A stretch of DNA of 40,564 nt from Firmicutes bacterium UBA993 (lineage in GTDB: Bacteria > Bacillota > Dethiobacteria > DTU022), in NCBI GenBank assembly GCA_002292015.1, contig DBBD01000054.1, forward strand, positions 1-40,564, read 5' to 3'. The position numbers were made by a program, and so were the translations under genes. Of this stretch, positions 38,433-40,564 are shown one piece after another (the first letter of the stretch is position 1; each line of letters begins with the position of its first letter). The notes under the pieces were generated by a model. It was not told the DNA's origin. It searched no databases and saw only the letters and a program-made list of their open reading frames with translations.

Positions 38433-39833
38433 TTATTCCGCCAGAAATAAGCGGTTGCGGAGTTGTTCCCGATTACCGTTTCCCTCAACCGAGGCAAAAT
38501 AACGATCGAGCTTGGCGCTGACCTTGGGAACTGCAAAAATTACCAGGTGATCATTAGCCCGCAGTACTGTATCACCGTTCGGTACCATTATATCACCATT
38601 GCGGACAACGGAACCAATCAGCATTCCGCGTGGCAGCCCTACATCGGCTATTTTTTGGTTTACTACTTTAGCCGATTCCGGTAAAATTACCTCGACCACC
38701 TCGGCCTTTTCATCCTGCAGTATCGATAGCGCTACTACATCCTCGCGCCGGATAAAACGCATGATCTGGGCGGCTGCCAGCAAACGTGGATTAATCAGGT
38801 TGTCGTGGCCAAGAGCTTTGTAGACAGGCACATATTGCGGTTTTATCACTTCACAGATAATCTTCCTTACACCAAATTGGCGGGCCAGCAACGCTACCAC
38901 GATGTTGCTGCGGTCATCGCCGGTTGCAGCAATAACCGCGTCGGCTTGATCAGTATCTTCCTCTTTGAGCATGGAAATCTCGGTAGCATCTCCCTGGAGA
39001 ATCAGGGTTTTCTTCAGCGTTTTACACAAACCCTCGCAGCGATGTTCATCTTTTTCAATCAATTTTACATTAAATGCTTGTTTGCTCTCCTCCAACATTT
39101 TAGCCACCTGATAAGCTATCATTCCCCCACCTAGGATGGTAACTTGCCTGATTTGGGTTTTTTCGTGGTGCAAAAGAGCGCTGATATCCTTTAAGGTTCT
39201 AGTATCGCCCAGCAGATAGATTTTATTGCCCGGCTTAATAACATCCTGGCCTCCGGGAACAAAAAAATTACCGTCAAGATCACTAATGCCAACCACAATG
39301 CAATTTTGACCAAGTGGCAATTTGTACAAAGGCACATCGGTGATCCCAGCTTCCTTGTCAACCACGACGCCAAGCAACATCACCTTTCCCTGGTTAAAAT
39401 ATTCTTCTTCCGTTGCATCGGGGAAGTGAAGCATTTTGGATATTTCCATGGCGGCAACCCGTTCAGGGTTAATCACTATATCAATCCCCAGCTGAGCTGG
39501 TGTCAACACAGCTTTTTCACTGACATACGAGGCGTTGCGAATTCTTCCGATTGTTATCGGCACGTCATATTTTTTCGCCAGCATACAGGCAATCATGTTG
39601 ATTTCATCCAGTTGCGTTACGGCAATCAGCATGCCGGCGTCTTTAACCCCGGCCTCTTCCAGAACAGCAGCAGTTGCACCGTTGTCTTCAATAACCATAA
39701 CATCCAATGAATCCCTGAAACGGCGGGCTTTTGCCTCATTTTGCTCAATAACCACAACATCTTGCTGTTTTTCTGACAAGTTGCGGGCCAGTTCATACCC
39801 GACCCCTCCACCACCGACAATAATTATATGCAA
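38433..39833 (-). CDS. trkA: Trk potassium uptake NAD-binding subunit (double RCK)
   Basis: IVGGGGVG, ILGGGMIA, two RCK_N/RCK_C pairs, 466 aa. Confidence 0.93.
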   Translation of the reverse strand: MHIIIVGGGGVGYELARNLSEKQQDVVVIEQNEAKARRFRDSLDVMVIEDNGATAAVLEEAGVKDAGMLIAVTQLDEINMIACMLAKKYDVPITIGRIRNASYVSEKAVLTPAQLGIDIVINPERVAAMEISKMLHFPDATEEEYFNQGKVMLLGVVVDKEAGITDVPLYKLPLGQNCIVVGISDLDGNFFVPGGQDVIKPGNKIYLLGDTRTLKDISALLHHEKTQIRQVTILGGGMIAYQVAKMLEESKQAFNVKLIEKDEHRCEGLCKTLKKTLILQGDATEISMLKEEDTDQADAVIAATGDDRSNIVVALLARQFGVRKIICEVIKPQYVPVYKALGHDNLINPRLLAAAQIMRFIRREDVVALSILQDEKAEVVEVILPESAKVVNQKIADVGLPRGMLIGSVVRNGDIMVPNGDTVLRANDHLVIFAVPKVSAKLDRYFASVEGNGNREQLRNRLFLAE

Positions 39834-39855
39834 TCACAAGTACCTGCCTTTCACT

Positions 39856-39884
39856 AAAAAAAGAGACAGCGGCTACGCTGCCTC
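39856..39884 (-). terminator. Intrinsic terminator inside the trkA 5' leader
   Basis: GAGGCAGCG-tagc-CGCTGTCTC followed by T7, ending ~22 nt before the trkA start. Confidence 0.8.
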
Positions 39885-40000
39885 ATCAGGGAGAAAAACT
39901 TAAAAATATTTAAGGCCGTGAGCACTCAGCTTTGCCCTAACAAAACACCCGGACATCCAGCACCCTTTTCCATCTTTGCTCCTCGGCCCTGCTTTCCCAG
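39856..40000 (-). ncRNA. Structured trkA leader, candidate riboswitch/attenuator
   Basis: Lies between a near-consensus promoter and trkA; GGGCCG-ag-GAGCA pairs with TGCTC-a-CGGCCT; terminator follows. Confidence 0.5.
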
Positions 40001-40003
40001 TCC

Positions 40004-40032
40004 ATTATATTACAACAACGCCAACCTGACAA
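40004..40032 (-). promoter_or_regulatory. SigmaA promoter of trkA-trkH-holA
   Basis: TTGTCA-17 bp-TATAAT. Confidence 0.75.
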
Positions 40033-40050
40033 CAATAAATTCGGAAAAAT

Positions 40051-40564
40051 TTACGATTCTTTTCTTGTTTTAGCGCCATCTTCTACCCGGTTGGTTAAAG
40101 TGCCAATCTTTTCGATAGTGACGGCAAACATATCTCCTATTTTAAGCGGTCCGATACCCGCAGGGGTGCCGGTAATGATCACGTCTCCGGGTAAAAGAGT
40201 CATACAGCCCGAGACATATTCGATGATCTCGGCTACTTTAAAGGCATGGTCGGAAGTTGACCCTTGCTGCACCAGTTTACCATTTAAATACCCTTCTATT
40301 TGCAAGTTATCCGGATTATCGATAGCAGTTTCTACAACGGGGCCCAAGGGACAAAACGTATCAAAACCCTTGGCATAAGTCCACTGACCGGTCGCAGGCT
40401 GTTTGTCGCGGGCGGTTACGTCGTTGGCACAGCTATAACCAAAAACGTAACCAAGCGCAGCTGAGCGGTCGACCCGGTAAGCTTGTAAACCAATCACAAC
40501 GGCCAGTTCAGATTCGTAATCAACGCGCCTGCTCTGCGGGGGATAATTAATCGGATCATTGGTG
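40051..40564 (-). CDS. Fumarylacetoacetate hydrolase family protein, 5'-truncated by window edge
   Basis: DYESELAVVIG, ANDVTARD, AKGFDTFCPLGP, TLLPGDVIITGTPAG. Confidence 0.9.
   Translation of the reverse strand, partial: TNDPINYPPQSRRVDYESELAVVIGLQAYRVDRSAALGYVFGYSCANDVTARDKQPATGQWTYAKGFDTFCPLGPVVETAIDNPDNLQIEGYLNGKLVQQGSTSDHAFKVAEIIEYVSGCMTLLPGDVIITGTPAGIGPLKIGDMFAVTIEKIGTLTNRVEDGAKTRKES

Noticed and set aside
224-40378. Numerous short antisense or overlapping ORFs in the six-frame track (e.g. 873-1313, 8214-8798, 12760-13020, 12841-13086, 17793-18233, 34746-35033)
   Set aside because: They are shadows of well-supported genes or regulatory DNA, with no motifs or RBS.

Overview
Chromosomal window (~50% GC by eye) from an anaerobic Firmicute (Clostridia/Dethiobacteria-like gene content and order; taxonomy is inference). 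It is mostly housekeeping: tRNA-Arg, tRNA-Val, murT-gatD, prsA, hisG, lysC, thrS-infC-rpmI-rplT, alr, hom, nnr, rpsT, holA and trkAH. The accessory block at ~10.8-19.6 kb holds a sigma54-activator-driven operon (4Fe-4S protein, tungsten-type aldehyde:ferredoxin oxidoreductase, MoaD, Na+/solute symporter, saccharopine/carboxyspermidine-dehydrogenase-like enzyme) that may be an undescribed anaerobic amine/polyamine utilisation pathway. It also holds a small ArsR / HesB-like selenoprotein / desulforedoxin operon, two genes of which are missing from the ORF track. Features not in the ORF track include an in-frame UGA with a SECIS-like hairpin, a promoter-leader-terminator attenuator (candidate ion/c-di-AMP riboswitch) before trkA, a ktrA pseudogene remnant beside a MITE-like inverted repeat, REP-like and BoxC-like repeats, an internal lysC beta-subunit start, and an ATT-initiated infC with an L20 leader. 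All family assignments come from motif recognition by eye, not database searches.
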